A stretch of DNA of 64,000 nucleotides, taken from the human T2T-CHM13v2.0 reference genome, Homo sapiens. The notes under the pieces are model-generated. The model was not told the DNA's origin. It was given only the letters and a program-made list of their open reading frames with translations, and made no database searches. Location: NCBI RefSeq assembly GCF_009914755.1, contig NC_060936.1; one strand, given 5' to 3'. Both the position numbers and the translations under genes were made by a program. Positions 1 through 13,135 of the stretch are shown here, one piece after another (within the stretch, counting starts at the first letter, position 1; every line of letters begins with the position of its first letter).

Positions 1-296
1 TGCTTCTGTCCCAGCAGCCATACTTTAACCATTCACAGACAGCCAACTGTTCAAACCGTGTTCAAATAAGGCAAATGCTGAGCTATAACCAATCTGGCTG
101 TTTCTGTATATCACTTCCATTTTCAGGACAACACTATTATTTTTCTGTTCATAAATTTGCTCTGACCATGTGGCATCCTTGGAGTCTCTCTGAATCTGCT
201 GTGATTCCGGGGGGCTACCCAATTCTCAAATCTTATTATTAGCAGTAGTAGTATTTTGCTTAATTAAGCTGTATTAAATTTAAATTTTAAACTACA
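1..296 (+). mobile_element. 3' part of an ERV1 LTR, MER57-like (cut by window edge)
   Basis: Motifs agccaactgttcaaaccgtgttcaaataaggcaaa and ggagtctctctgaatctgctgtgattc match the recalled MER57-group LTR; boundary approximate. Confidence 0.65.
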
Positions 297-1322
297 TTTA
301 ACATTGCCAAATTCACAGCCTTTGGAAGGTTACCAGAAATCTTTCACATAACTACTCCTTAACCACTTTCACCTTCATCAGAATATAATTTTAAACAAGC
401 AGATATTCTTGAGCAGATATATTTGAGAACAGCTAAAAAGTTTCCAAAATTATTTCTAAAAACCAGTTTCTTCTTGAAAATAAGTAGCATATTCCAAGTA
501 AAATCTAATCTATCAATAGCAGTTTTAATATCATGTTCCTTCAAAGATACCTCATTAACTTTTTTAATAATTAAATGAGGAAACAGTATGGCAACAGTGA
601 AATTTGTATAACTTTAATGACTCATTAATACAGGCGTATACTATCTCTCTAATATGTACTATTTGAATGTAAATACCAATTATATGAATTTGATGTAAAT
701 ACCAAATTCATATAAATAAAAATCACTGTCATCATTTAAATGTTCTATAAGCATAATTTTACAAAGGAGTTCTCTCTTTATGTAATAGACATGCAATACC
801 TCAATTCATGTCCCCTACTCTTTATATAGCGATTTTAGTGTTATATTTAAAATAATAGTTTGCACTTATATTGCATCCTAAGGTGCCATATTTTCTTACT
901 GAATAATATATGTTTAAAAGCTTTAATATTTTTCCCAGTCGAGTATTTTCCTAGTTAGTATTATTTTCTAAAACACTGTTTCTCTATGATAAACGCATTA
1001 TGCCATAATTGAAGAAATCCACTATCAACATACCTCAACTTCTAAAATATGACTCCCACTATAAAGATGAAACTCCTTTTGTAAAGTAAGCAATAACCTT
1101 TTTATATACTTGCGTTGAAAGTTTGAATTTTCTAAGATTTTCCTTATTTCAAGAAAAATATTCTCTTTTTTGTACTCAAATTACTAAAAACATATATTTT
1201 AGGCTTTGATTCATATGGGTATCACACTAGATAGTTACTTCTAGCATCTGTTTGTTGTAAAGCTCGGTGTACCCTTAAGGCATACCCTTCATAAACATTG
1301 AACATAAAAAACACTGTTATTA

Positions 1323-1712
<390 letters not shown>

Positions 1713-3875
1713 TTAAACAAGAACTCCACTTTATTTCTAGAAAATGAAATTGTTAAGTTGTAAATCAGAGCCGTGCCAGGGCACCAAGCAATTCTTGATC
1801 TTCAAACAATGCTACGATATTTCAGAAATACTGATTTACATTATATCTCCCCTCCAGAGAATCTTAAGTTTACTTCTGCAAGGCAATGAAAACCTTTTAA
1901 ATGATATGTTTGGCATTTTCTTATTTTATAAACAGGCAGAATAAAATATGTAGCAGGTCCTGAAATATGCACCTGACCTAGAATATGTGAGTAGATGGAT
2001 TCATGAACTACCATCAAGCACTATAATTTCACATAGCTTCAGGGCAAAGTATGCTTTTTTATTGATGTTTCCTAATTTAAACAATTTTTTTTTCTCAAAC
2101 TGCAAATGTTCCTACTATGCTATTTCAGAACTGGAATCGTACCAGATTCTGTAGGCTGCATGTCTAAAAACGTCACTGAGGTGTGGAAAATATGACTTGT
2201 TACAATCATTTTTTATATTGTTAACCTTGCCTGTAATGCTATCTTTCTTCCTATTTCTATCAAAATTGAACTAATTGTTCAATGGTTCAGTTCACTGTGA
2301 GAATATAAAGCATATGGGGGGTTCTTAGGGTCAGAATAACCTGAGTTTTGATTACCTTTTGTCTATATGCTTGCAATGGGGAGAGTACAAACTTTGGCAT
2401 CTTATTTTGCCTCTCAGAGCCTCCGTTTTCTGAGTTGAAGAGTTAAGCCCCTACTCACCATCATGAATATGTGTCTAAAGTCTGCAAAACTCAAAATCTG
2501 ATTTGCTCAGACTCACACAGCCCCAAATATCTGAATCTACTTTTCCTTTATATTTTCACCTCTTTATCATTGATTTGATACAGGAAAGAAGGGGTCCCTT
2601 ATAACTTCTCAGAGCAGAGCCAATCAAGAAACAAACTTTTATTTGCTTAATCCATGAATATTTAGGGCCTCTATGTTGCAGTGACTGAAATTAGACTCTT
2701 ACCAGTATGCTTATATATTACATAAAAATTATACAGCTGAAACAAACCATGAAATAAGCAAGAGGGAAGCTCGCCAAATCAGGTTCCTGCATGTACTCTC
2801 CCATTTCTCTGTCTCTTCCCTTTACCTGTTCTTATTCTGTCTTGCTACAACCTGACTTATCCCATGTGGCTGGAAACAGTCATGGATGATGCCAGAGTTC
2901 CATCCTCAGAGTTTCTTACTCTCTAAACCTCAGTTGACTTTCTGTTAATTGGAGTTAATAAGAATGATAATATTTATTTCACGAAAAGAAGCAGTATGTA
3001 GAGTATCTTACTTCTTTGGCCTGGAGAAGCTTTTTTTCTAGCAAAACTGTCACATTAAGATAAATTGAAAAATTTACTATTGACGAAAAAATAATTTTTG
3101 TTCTTTGTCATATTCTTTCTCAAAAATAAAATCTGGACATTTTTCTTTGAGATTTTAATAACTTTGAGTTAAATTAAATGCTGATCTTTTAAGATGTTAC
3201 TCTTATAATTGTCATTACTATGTCCTACATTAATACATTAATATTCAATTCACCCTAAAAATTTTGTGTACTTAAGTAGTGGAAAACTAAAATATCTACT
3301 ACTGGAGAACAGAAAAGGTATGGGTTACTGCTGCAGAAATCACAGTGAGATGTGAAAAGACCTCAACATCTTTGCATACGAAAGCACAGACAACAATATA
3401 TGTTCATTTTATCACCAAATTATTTGATGTAATACTAAATTATCAACTTTGGTATTGTCCTTTTGTTCAGAACTAGAATGTATTCATTAGCTTCACTCAC
3501 ATTATAGAAAGACTGAATTACATATTTTAGTGAAATAAAAAATTTCCTTCTATCTGAGTGCTTCAATTCACCATGGCTCTACATAGCTCTGAATACCTAC
3601 TGAGAAAGTTGAGCTCAAAAACACAGTCACTTGAAGAAAAGATTTATTCTAAGTGCTAGTAAATATTCAAGAGAGTCTCCTAAATGACTTAGGTGGAACG
3701 GAATAGAAAAATGAGAAACTGTAAAAGGCTCTTCAGGCAACCTTGAATACATTAATTTTGTGGGTGGAGAATTAGGCTTACAACATATACATATAGATAA
3801 GGATATATTTAGATAAGCCATACTCAGAGTTTCTTAAATTCAATTCTGTAAACCTCATTTGGCTTCCTATTCCTA

Positions 3876-4750
3876 TAGGTTGGTGCAAGAGTATTTGCAG
3901 TTTTGGACCATGAATTTTAAATCATTATATAATAACTAGATTCAAATACATCTTTACTAATCAAAATAGGAACCATTATAGTCAACACATTTTTGCCAAC
4001 AAGAAATAAGCTTGTTTACTCCTGTAGCATAAAAATCCATGCTTTGGGATTTGATGAACTCTTGGAAAGCATTTTCTGCATCTTGCTGGTTGTGGAAGCA
4101 TTTTCCCTGCAAAAACTTGTCGAGATACTTGAAGAAGTGGTAGTCAGTTGGCAAGAGTTCAGTTGAATATAATGGACGAGGCAAAACTTTGTAGCCCAAT
4201 TCGTTCAACTTTTGAGGCATTGGTTGTGCAATGTGTAGTTGGGTATTGTGGAGAAGAATTGGGCCCTTTCTGTTGACCAGTGCTTGCTGCAGTCATTGCA
4301 GTTTTTGGTGCATCTCATCAATTTACTGAGCATACCTCCCAGGTGTAATGGTTTCACCTGGATTCAGAAAGCTGTAGTGGATCAGACCAGCAGCAGACCA
4401 CTGAACAGTGACCAGGACCTTTTTTTGGTGCAATTTTGGCTTTTGGGAGTACTTTGTAACTTCTTCTCAGTTCAACCTGAGCTGGTTATCACTGGTTGTC
4501 GTATAAAATTGACTTTTCATTGCACGTCACAATTCGATCGGGAAATAGTTCATTGTTGTTGCAGAGAATAAGAGAAGATGACACTTCAAAACTGCAATTT
4601 TTTTTTTACTTTTTGCTCAGCTCATGAGGCACCCACTTATCGAGATTTTTACATATCCAATTTGCTTCAAATGCTAAAAGACCATAGAATGGTCTATATT
4701 GATTTCTTTGGCAACTTCTTCTGTAGTTGTAAGAGGATCAGCTTTGATGA
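3876..4750 (-). mobile_element. Hsmar1 mariner DNA transposon, 3' two-thirds with right TIR
   Basis: TIR taggttggtgcaagagtatttgcagttt at 3876 preceded by TA; minus strand encodes degraded transposase (..ADPLTTT..EEVAKEINIDHSMV..; QKLNELGY..CVDYNGSYFD). Confidence 0.93.
3957..4220 (-). pseudogene. Hsmar1 transposase C-terminal remnant
   Basis: ORF QKLNELGYKVLPRPLYSTELLPTDYHFF..WQKCVDYNGSYFD is colinear with the SETMAR/Hsmar1 transposase C-terminus; YSPDL is mutated to YSTEL; PTDY keeps the third catalytic Asp (SETMAR has Asn). Confidence 0.9.
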
Positions 4751-4879
4751 GGAGGAGTGTAGTGGCCAGCCATCAGAAGTTGACTATGACTAATTGAGAG
4801 CAATCACCGAAGCTGTTCCTGTTACAACTACAGGAGAAGTTACCGAAGAACTCAATGTCTACTGTTCTATGGTCTTTTA

Positions 4880-5607
4880 AATTAAAATCTTAAAGTTATT
4901 TTTTACGCTCATTTACTATCTGGGTCATTTCCAATTAAGAAAGGATTGTGGAATTTTTCTTATCCATAAATGCCCATATCTGACAGTTCAGGATTTCTTG
5001 CTTTTTAGGGTTTTACAAAAGTTTTAGGTTACTAAGGATGAGAATTTTAGTTAAAATGTAATTCTGTATATAAAATATGCCAGAAAGGGTAATGTTATTA
5101 GTGAAAAGAAAAATAATTTTGTCTAATTCAGAAATTATCCAAAAGATAGTTCAAATTACAGATAAAAGGTTATTTATGAAAGAATGTAGTAAGGAACCAT
5201 TTAGGAGAGAAAGATGTGGAAAAAGTTTAAATAATAAAATATTTTTAAAAACCTGATACAGAATTATAGACATTTGGCTAATTAACATTTTCATAGTTAA
5301 AGCTCTTAGTTTTAATTGAAGTAAAATAAGAAGTATTGTAAAAAAAAATGCATTGGCAATTTGGCAATTTTTTAAAAAATATAGTTAAGGCTCTTATTTG
5401 GTTCTGTGAACATTTTTTTTTGTTCCCTATGCATTTCTAGCAAGCCATCATTTGTTTCATTTATCTGGAATTCCTAAGCTACTTTTCTGAAGCCCACAGG
5501 AATTAATGGAGCACACTAGCCTTTAAACCTTAAACTAACTTTTTGCATTTTAAGCTTCTTGATACTTTAAGTGTGTCAAGTATGCTCTCATAAACAGGAT
5601 TTGAGTC

Positions 5608-5649
<42 letters not shown>

Positions 5650-6619
5650 ACTTTCTCCAACATTTGTAAACTATGGTACATACATTGGCTCATAATCTGT
5701 CAGAAACAAAACATTGATTCATTCCTTTTAACCCACATCATGGGATAAAGAGAACATTGCCAGGAGGCCTTCAATCTTCTAGAATGGCATCATTTGTTAG
5801 GTCCTTTTTCGATGGTTTAGAGTAAAAGAAGCAATGAATACAAATGTATCCTCCATGATAGTCTCTATAGCAAATTCTACTGTAAAGGCTACAGTTACAC
5901 AACAAACTTTGAATTCTCTTGTGAAAGTTATGATAGAATTGGCTGAACAGAAGAGTGTCTGTGCAGCTGCTGGCACTTGTGGCCTATGGAGAAATACATC
6001 AAATGAGGATTATAGAAATTCAGTGGTAGGGGATTAACAAAAAGACTGCTTACTTAAGTGAGTAAACTCTATCTAGCTCATTCTTTGATCTATTTGATTT
6101 TAGAAGGTTTGGTTTATGGGGATCTTGGGTAAGGAGCCTACTCTGAACTCTTGCTATTATCCTCCCAACAGTCATAATAATAGTCTCCCTGGTGCTCTAT
6201 ATTCTCTCAAGGCTTTAAATGCTTGCATGCAGCCATCTCTAGAAAGTCAAATGGTCTCTCTTCAAATGGAATGGCAAGAGCTGAAAGAAATGTGTAACCA
6301 TGAGGACACCATAACCTATAATAAAATGTCAAGACTGGAAACCCAAAATGATGGTAACTGAGAGTGGTGCTAAGGCCCTACGTTTTGGTCATACTCTCAC
6401 CTAAGTAAGAACCTGACCAAAAAGGGAATTTTTTTAAAGAAAATCCTGGGAGACCATGGTTTTGGACTAAGCTCATGCCATAGGCCCCAACAGACCAAAC
6501 CAAACCAAAAATGGAGTTGCTTCTGCTAAGACTTTAAGGAAACACATAAATTCTAGAACAGACCAGGTTTTGTTTTTTTCTCCTGCAAATCTTTATAATA
6601 AACATTCCTGACAACATAG
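4880..6619 (+). mobile_element. MER4-group (MER61-int-like) ERV1 internal remnant, 5'-deleted
   Basis: AT-rich MER4-int-type sequence, then a degenerate env-TM-like stretch (5700-6300); sequence resumes at 12499 after the ATAG duplication. Confidence 0.7.
5613..5646. repeat. (CT)n microsatellite
   Basis: About 17 uninterrupted CT units. Confidence 0.95.
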
Positions 6620-7096
6620 TGTTAGATATGAGTTCTAAATTTCCCTTCAAAGAATCAATGTCACTATGTTCAATTCTTTGCCTTCTACTCTTAAACTTAA
6701 CTTCCTTGTAAAGCAACCTTTTTTGATCACCTGCTCCACCCTGACTGATTCTGATTACTGGCTCCACCCTGACTCATTCTGAGCACCTGCTCCACCCTTA
6801 CCTGCTCCACTCTGACTCCCACCAAGCCACTCACCCCCTCACTGCCTTTAAATTAGCCAATCAGAATTAGCCTGTGCGGTCTAATCCTAGCCAATAGGGG
6901 AATGACATAGCAGCAGGGGCCACATTCATCAGGGATAAGACCCCTTTCCCCTCCCTTGCCCAAGTGTGTGCTCACCATTGCTCCACCCATAAGGGTGTAC
7001 CTTTCTATAGAAGTACACTGCCTTGTTGAGAATTGAAAAGAAAATTTTATATTTGAGTGCTATTTCTTTTGCAGCATCAAAACTTTCTTTATAAGA
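6620..7096 (+). promoter_or_regulatory. 5' LTR (LTR10F-like)
   Basis: Starts tgttagatatgag; four cctgctccaccct repeats; two CCAAT boxes; terminal CA mutated to GA; homologous to 12012-12494. Confidence 0.85.
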
Positions 7097-7099
7097 ATT

Positions 7100-7117
7100 T
7101 GGGGGCTCATCCGGGAT
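7100..7117 (+). other. Primer binding site, tRNA-Pro
   Basis: TGGGGGCTCATCCGGGAT, 17/18 match to the canonical Pro PBS TGGGGGCTCGTCCGGGAT, 3 nt after the LTR. Confidence 0.9.
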
Positions 7118-7537
7118 CACATTCCCCTCTGGGGGTGGTCTCTGGTTCTCTCTTGAGGAGGCATGCCCCACCTCCTTATGGCGGCCTCAGGGGTGAGAAA
7201 TCAGGACCTACCCAGTGTGAGGAATAACCTGAGCTCTCAGCAACATGAAAAGAAACTGGCCAGCAACCTAGGGTAAAGGATCCTCACATACTGCAGCGAT
7301 GACTCTGTGCACCGACCAAGGAAAGAGAAGCCACAGGAGCCGGTAAAGTACTTCCTTGGTGGTCAAATTCTGGAGGGCTGAATGTGTATGTGTGTGAATG
7401 ATCACAAACAACCCTGCTTGCAGTGTTGTTTGTGTGGATGGTGACAAGTCCTCTGCTGGATGGAGTGAAGGGGTTCTCCCCGTGAGTGGGAAGTGTGCAA
7501 AGGACCTTAAGAGACAGAAAGGGGGGAGACAGGTCAA

Positions 7538-7684
7538 CCTTCCAGGACAGGCAAGGCAAGACACCCCTGGTTTGAGGGGTTGAGCCTTCCAGGGCAGGTA
7601 AGGCAAGACACCCCTGGTTTGAGGGATTGAGACTTCCAGGGAAGGCAAGGCAAGACATCCCTGGTTTGAGGGGTTGAGCCTTCC
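7538..7684. repeat. 47-bp tandem repeat x3 in provirus leader
   Basis: ccttccaggNNaggYaaggcaagacaYccctggtttgagggRttgag units start at 7538, 7585 and 7632. Confidence 0.92.
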
Positions 7685-8288
7685 ACTAATTTCAAGGGTT
7701 GAACCTCACACAACCCCCCCTTTTCTTTCTTCTCTGGGGAAGAAAGAGTATCTCCACTCCCACTGGTCCCTCCTCTAGGGGAAGGGGGAGGGGAAGGAGA
7801 GGGCAGAACAGCAGCATAAGCAGCTGGCAGAGGCAGGTAAAGATAAGCAGAGAGGAAAGAGAGAGAGAGAAAGAGACAGAGGGACAAATAGGGAGTCAAG
7901 GAGAAAGAGAGAAAGAGAGAGGCAGAGAGAGAGGAAGAGACAGAGAGACAAAGAGGGAGTTAAAGAGAAAGAGACAGAAAGTCAAACAGAGAAAGAAAGA
8001 GAGAGATAGAAGTAGTAAAGAGAAAACAGTGTACCCTATTCCCTTAAAAGCCAGAGTAAATTTAAAACCTATAATTGATAATTGAAGGTCTTCTCCATGA
8101 CCCTATACCACTCCAATATCACCTTGTTGTCAGTGTAAACAAGGGCATAGCCCCAGAGCACTGAGGCCACTGACAACCCGTAGCCTTCCTAATCAAAAAT
8201 CCTTAACCCAGTAATGCACGGATGGCCTGAATACATTCAATCTGTAGCAACAACTGCTTTGCTAACAGGAGAAAGTATGAGGCTATTC

Positions 8289-8328
<40 letters not shown>

Positions 8329-8451
8329 TGATCAACATTAACCACTAAAAATTCTCTTAACCCAGCAGGTTTCCTAACAGGGGATCTAAATCTTAATTAA
8401 CTACTATACAAAGGTCCAGCCAGACATAGGAGGAGCTCCCTTCAGGACAGG

Positions 8452-8691
8452 ATGATAGATGATTCCTCCTGGGTGATTGAGGGAAAAAGACACAATGGGT
8501 ATTCAGTAATTGATAGGGAAACTCTTCTAGAGGCAGAGTTAGGAAAATTGCCTAATAATTGTTCTGCTGAAACATGCGAGCTGCTTGCACTCAGCCAAGC
8601 CTTAAAGTACTTACAGAACCAGGAAGGAACCATCTATACCAATTCTAAGTTAATTTGGAATAAACAAGGTCTTATTAATAGCAAAGGATAA
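8452..8691 (+). pseudogene. pol: Retroviral RNase H fragment
   Basis: IDDSSWVIEGKR..GYSV..SAETCELLALSQAL..IYTNSK corresponds to degenerate DGSS / SAQ-EL-AL / IYTDS motifs. Confidence 0.8.
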
Positions 8692-9929
8692 TTGAAATCC
8701 CAAACTTACAAGGTTTTCAACAAAAGTGAAGTTTGCTAAAAGTTAACAGTGTAACATGTATTACCCTAACTTCTAATCTTGTGGCCTTAGGCAGTCTAGT
8801 CCACAGACATGAAGGAAGTTCACTTTGGAGAAGAATGGGGGAAAAAGAGGGAGAGGGGAATAATTTATATGAAAGGAATGTTATATGGTAAATTCTTGTC
8901 CTAAAATAAATTAACTGGTTGTTTAAAGAAAGGGATGTTTGCAGCAAGTCAGAAGGTTGAGACATGTCAAAGATTGTGAAAGTTGTGAAAAAAAAGAGTT
9001 ATAAAAGGGAATTTATGCAAGAAATGTTGTATAATTTAAAAGTAGTTTGGCCTCCTGATGGTAAAACTATTGAAGAAACAGTTTATGTGCAAGGTGTGCA
9101 AGGAAAGTAAAATATGCTTTTGGAAAAAGGATTATAAGGAGGCATAAGATTGTGGATTTTTACCTGCATTAAAAGGTTAAAAAATTTTGTTTTAAAGGTT
9201 TAAGCAAGCTTTAAAATGTTAATTGTAAAGGAAACTCTGTGTGTAAACATTGGCTAAAGTTAGAGGGGTGTCATCTACTCTTTCTGTGAACTGGACATTA
9301 AAATAAAAGCACCACAGGTTTTTCTTAAAGCACTAACCTGCTCTTTAACAAAAATTATAAAAGATTAAAAAGAGTCTATAAAAATCTTACCTTATGGTCA
9401 GACGTTAAAATTGGATAAATATGTCTAAAAGGTTTTATTAAAATTGAATTTAGCATTAGTAACACACTAATAGAAAGGTGAAATTTAGCTTATTTGGTAT
9501 AAAAATCATACAGGAAGCATTGTCAAATATAAAATGGTGTTTGGCTTTCTTTGGTCTAAAAACTAACAAAAATAAGTGCTAAAGAAAATTTCTCAGTAAG
9601 AAGGCACGAAGGACATAAAGTCCACTGCTGATGTCCCCACGTTTAAAACAAAAGATCAGTTTCTTAGAAATTACATACTTGGTTTATCTTACACTTTCCT
9701 TTCCCTCAAAACTAAAATCCTCTAGCATAGGTACCACCCCTAGAATTTCCAGTAAACCAGCACCAGTATGAGGATCACGTTCTCATCAAAGGGTGGAAAG
9801 AAGGAAAATTCGAGCCAGCCTAGGAAGGACCCTACCTTGTGCTGCTAACCACGGAGACTGCTGCTGTTCGTACAGCAGAAAGGGGATGGACTCATCACAC
9901 CCGAGTCAAGAAAGTGCTGCCCCTTTCAG

Positions 9930-11989
9930 ATTTGTGGGCCATATTCCCAGGGGAAAACCCTACCAAACTAAAGCTAGGAAAAATTTAACTCTCTTTCATC
10001 TATTCTATTACTCTTTCTTCTTTCCTCACTCTATTGCTGACCATCTAGTTATTAACATAACCAAGTCAATTTTGCCTCAAACTATTGCATTTGATGCTTG
10101 CTTTGTTATACCCTGTGGGGACTTGCCAAGTCAAAGACAGCTCTCTACTTCAGAAAAGTAGCTCTGTCCCCCTTGACTCTCCTAAGACTGAGCATTAGTG
10201 AATTGGGACCATTTGATCTGGGAAGATTTCAATAAAGACCCCAGCGTCAACCAGGAGTCTTGCCCCCACCCCAATGTAGAGCTTTTATGCCATAGTTGTT
10301 CCAGCATTCTATGGACCACTAAAGAGCAAGGATGGACTGCCCCAACCGGTTTTTGTAATTTCCTAAAACCATACATTCACTTTATGAGAGAGACAGCACC
10401 ACTCCCTCCAACTGTCAGCTAAACCAGTGCAATCCTATACAAGTTGTTATCTTGAACCCTCAAAGTTCTTCCTCTTTTCTAGGCCACTTCCCTTCTTTAA
10501 GCCAGTTTTATGGTATGGGGGCTGAGGTTTCAGGGACAGACCCTATTGGATTCTTTGAAATGTGTTTATTCGATCCCCCACTGCCTGCAGCTTCCTCTAA
10601 GCATTCTTCCAAAACCTCTCACAATGGAACAATTGCTCCTCCTCCATCTAATGACAAGACCAAGATAGCTACAGTAGAAGTTAAAGACTTAAAACAAACT
10701 TTGACAATTAATACAGGTACCAAGATGCAAATGCCTGGTTGGAATGGATCAAATATTCCGCCTGCAGGTTAAACAAAAGCAATTGTTATGCTTGGGTGCA
10801 CGGCAGGCCAGAGGCCCAGATTGTCTCCTTCCCACTAGGGTGGTCCTCCAGGTGACCGGGCATGGGCTTCATGGTAGCTCTTTTCCGGGATTCTACAGCC
10901 TGGAGTAACAAGTCGTACCAAGCTCTCTCTCTGCTATATCCCAAAGTCCGGCACCCTGCGGTTCAACCCCCAAGGGCCATCCAGCTTCCATCTCCCAAAA
11001 CTAAGTTCAGTTCGTGTCTCTCACAACAGGCAGAAAACTTAGTGTTCCTTGGAGACCTGAAGGGATGCAGTGAGCTTAAGAATTTTCAAGAGCTTATCAA
11101 TCAGTCAGCCCTTGCTCATCCCCGAGTGGATGTGTGGTGGTATTGTGGTGGACCTTTACTGCACACTCTGCCAAATAACTGGAGTGGCACCTGTGCTTTA
11201 GTCCAGTTGGCTATCCCTTTCACCCTGGCATTTCATCAACCAGAGGAAGGAAAAATAAGACATCATAAAGTGAGAGGAGCCCCTTATGGGTCTTTCAACT
11301 CTTACGTCTATTTAAATGCAATTGGAGTCCCACAGAGAATACCAGATCAATTTAAAGCCTGAAATCAAATAGCTGCAGAATTTGAGTCAATATTTTGGTG
11401 GGTGACAATTAATAAAAATGTAAATTGGATAAACTACATCTACTACAACCAACAGTGATTTATTAACTACACGAGAGATGCTGTTAAAGGAATAGCTGAG
11501 CAATTAGGGGCTACTAGCCAGATGGCTCACGAAAATAGGATAGCCTTAGACATGTTATTAGCAGAAAGAGGGGCAGTTTGCATCACAATTAAAACTCAAT
11601 GTTGTACCTTGATCCCAAACAACACCACCCCTGATGGAAGTATAACAAAGGCATTGCAAGGTCTGACTGCTCTGTCTGATGAGTTAACCAACAACTCAGG
11701 GGTAAATGACCCCTTTACAGGATGGCTAGAAAAGTGGTTCGGTAAATGGAAAGGAATAATAGCCTCAATTCTTACTTCTCTCACAGCTGTAATGAGTGTA
11801 CTTATTATTGTCAGGTGCTGTGTCATACCATGCATCCATGGGTTGGTGCAGAGGCTCATAGAAATGGCGCTTATTAAAACCTCCCTTAACTATCATCCAC
11901 CTTATCCAGAAAAGCTTCTTCTTTTGGAAAATCAAGCAAAACAACTAAGCCAGGACATGTTAAAGAAGTTTGAAAAGAAAGAGCTGTAA
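9930..11989 (+). pseudogene. env: HERV-IP10-type env, disrupted
   Basis: Frame 10862-11989 is continuous except TGA at 11360 and 11456; LPNNWSGTC, furin-like RHHKVR, ISD ENRIALDMLLAERGAVC, CX6CC, hydrophobic anchor; upstream SU part has further stops and frameshifts. Confidence 0.88.
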
Positions 11990-12011
11990 GGAAAATGCAA
12001 GAGGAGGGAAT

Positions 12012-12494
12012 TATTAGATATAAGTTCTAAATTCCTCTTCAAAGAATCAACAGGTCAGTATGTTCAATTCTTTGCCTCCCACTTTTAAACTTAACTTCTT
12101 CGTAAAGCAATCTTTTTTGATCACCTGCTCCACCCTGACTCATTCCGATTACCGGCTCCGCCCTGACTCATTCTGATCACCTGCTCCACCCTTACCTGCT
12201 CCACCCTGACTCCCGCCAAACCACTCACCCCGTCACTGTCTTTAAATTAGCCTATTGGAATTAGTTTAGCCTGTGCTGTCTAACCCTAGCCAATAGGGTA
12301 ACACACAGCAGCAGGGGCCACGTTCATCAGGGATAAGAACCCCTTCCCCTCCCTTGTCCAAGTGTGCACCCACCATTGCTCCATCTGTAAGGGTGCACCC
12401 TTCTATAGAAGTACATTGCCTTGCTGAGAATTAAAAAGAAAATTTTATATTCGAGTGCTATTTCTTTTGTGGCACCGAAACTTTATTTATAACA
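12012..12494 (+). promoter_or_regulatory. 3' LTR (LTR10F-like)
   Basis: Direct repeat of 6620-7096, follows the PPT, ends ..ataaca. Confidence 0.85.
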
Positions 12495-12498
12495 ATAG

Positions 12499-13135
12499 GT
12501 ATGCATCCCCTGAAGTTTCCATTAAATCTTTTAACCAAATTCATTTCCTTTCTCCTAGAGACCATCAAGCTTCAGATGATCATGCAACAAAGGTTCCAGC
12601 TAGTTCCAAGTGAAAGCACCACCCCTGGCCTTCAAGAAGCTACCTTGCCTCCACTAAACAGAGCAGGGTGAGAGTTCTGTGATGCCCAATAGGTTAGCCA
12701 GCATGAAGCAGTTACAGAAGAAAGGCCATCAGTCCCACTACCTCCCATAAAGATTTATAGGGATTACCTCTCTCAGGGGGAAATGAGAAAGGAAAATAGG
12801 GTCTGGAGGCAGGGAATGTAAGGCAGATTCACTCTTTAGCTATGACAGGAAATATCCTCTCCATAGGGCGTACACTAAGTAAATGACTTTGTAACTTTAC
12901 TTAATCTTCTTCATTTGCATAGGGTGTACACCAAGTAACCACTGGAATCCTCTAGAGGGTATTTCTGTAATGGAGCCCTTGAACCCCTATGGTTAGACCT
13001 GCTCACACACTGTGGAGTGTATTTTCATTTTCAATAACTTTCAGCTTTTGTTGTTTCATTCTTTCTCTGCTTTGTGCATTTTGTCCAATTCTTTGTTCGA
13101 GATGCCAAGAACCTAGACACGCTCCACCAGTAACA
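12499..13135 (+). mobile_element. 3' end of the outer ERV with MER61-like 3' LTR (12784-13135)
   Basis: PPT cagggggaaa, then TG..gaaaatagggtctggaggcagggaa..ccaccagtaaCA; subfamily from memory (MER51/MER61 group). Confidence 0.75.

Larger units (their letters stand above)
6620..12494 (+). mobile_element. LTR10/HERVIP10(FH)-type non-autonomous provirus
   Basis: Two direct LTRs (6620-7096, 12012-12494), TSD ATAG (6616-6619 / 12495-12498), PBS, PPT gaggagggaa at 12001, RNase H and env remnants. Confidence 0.9.

Noticed and set aside
3957-4220. Possible SETMAR gene exon
   Set aside because: No SET-domain exons; the transposase is fragmented, flanked by TIRs and has Asp rather than the SETMAR Asn, so it is a dispersed Hsmar1 copy
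7538-7684. CRISPR-like array
   Set aside because: Repeats are contiguous with no unique spacers; eukaryotic ERV context with no cas genes
7534-8085. ORFs 7534..7899 and 7699..8085
   Set aside because: Low-complexity translations of the AG-rich tract and tandem repeat within the ERV
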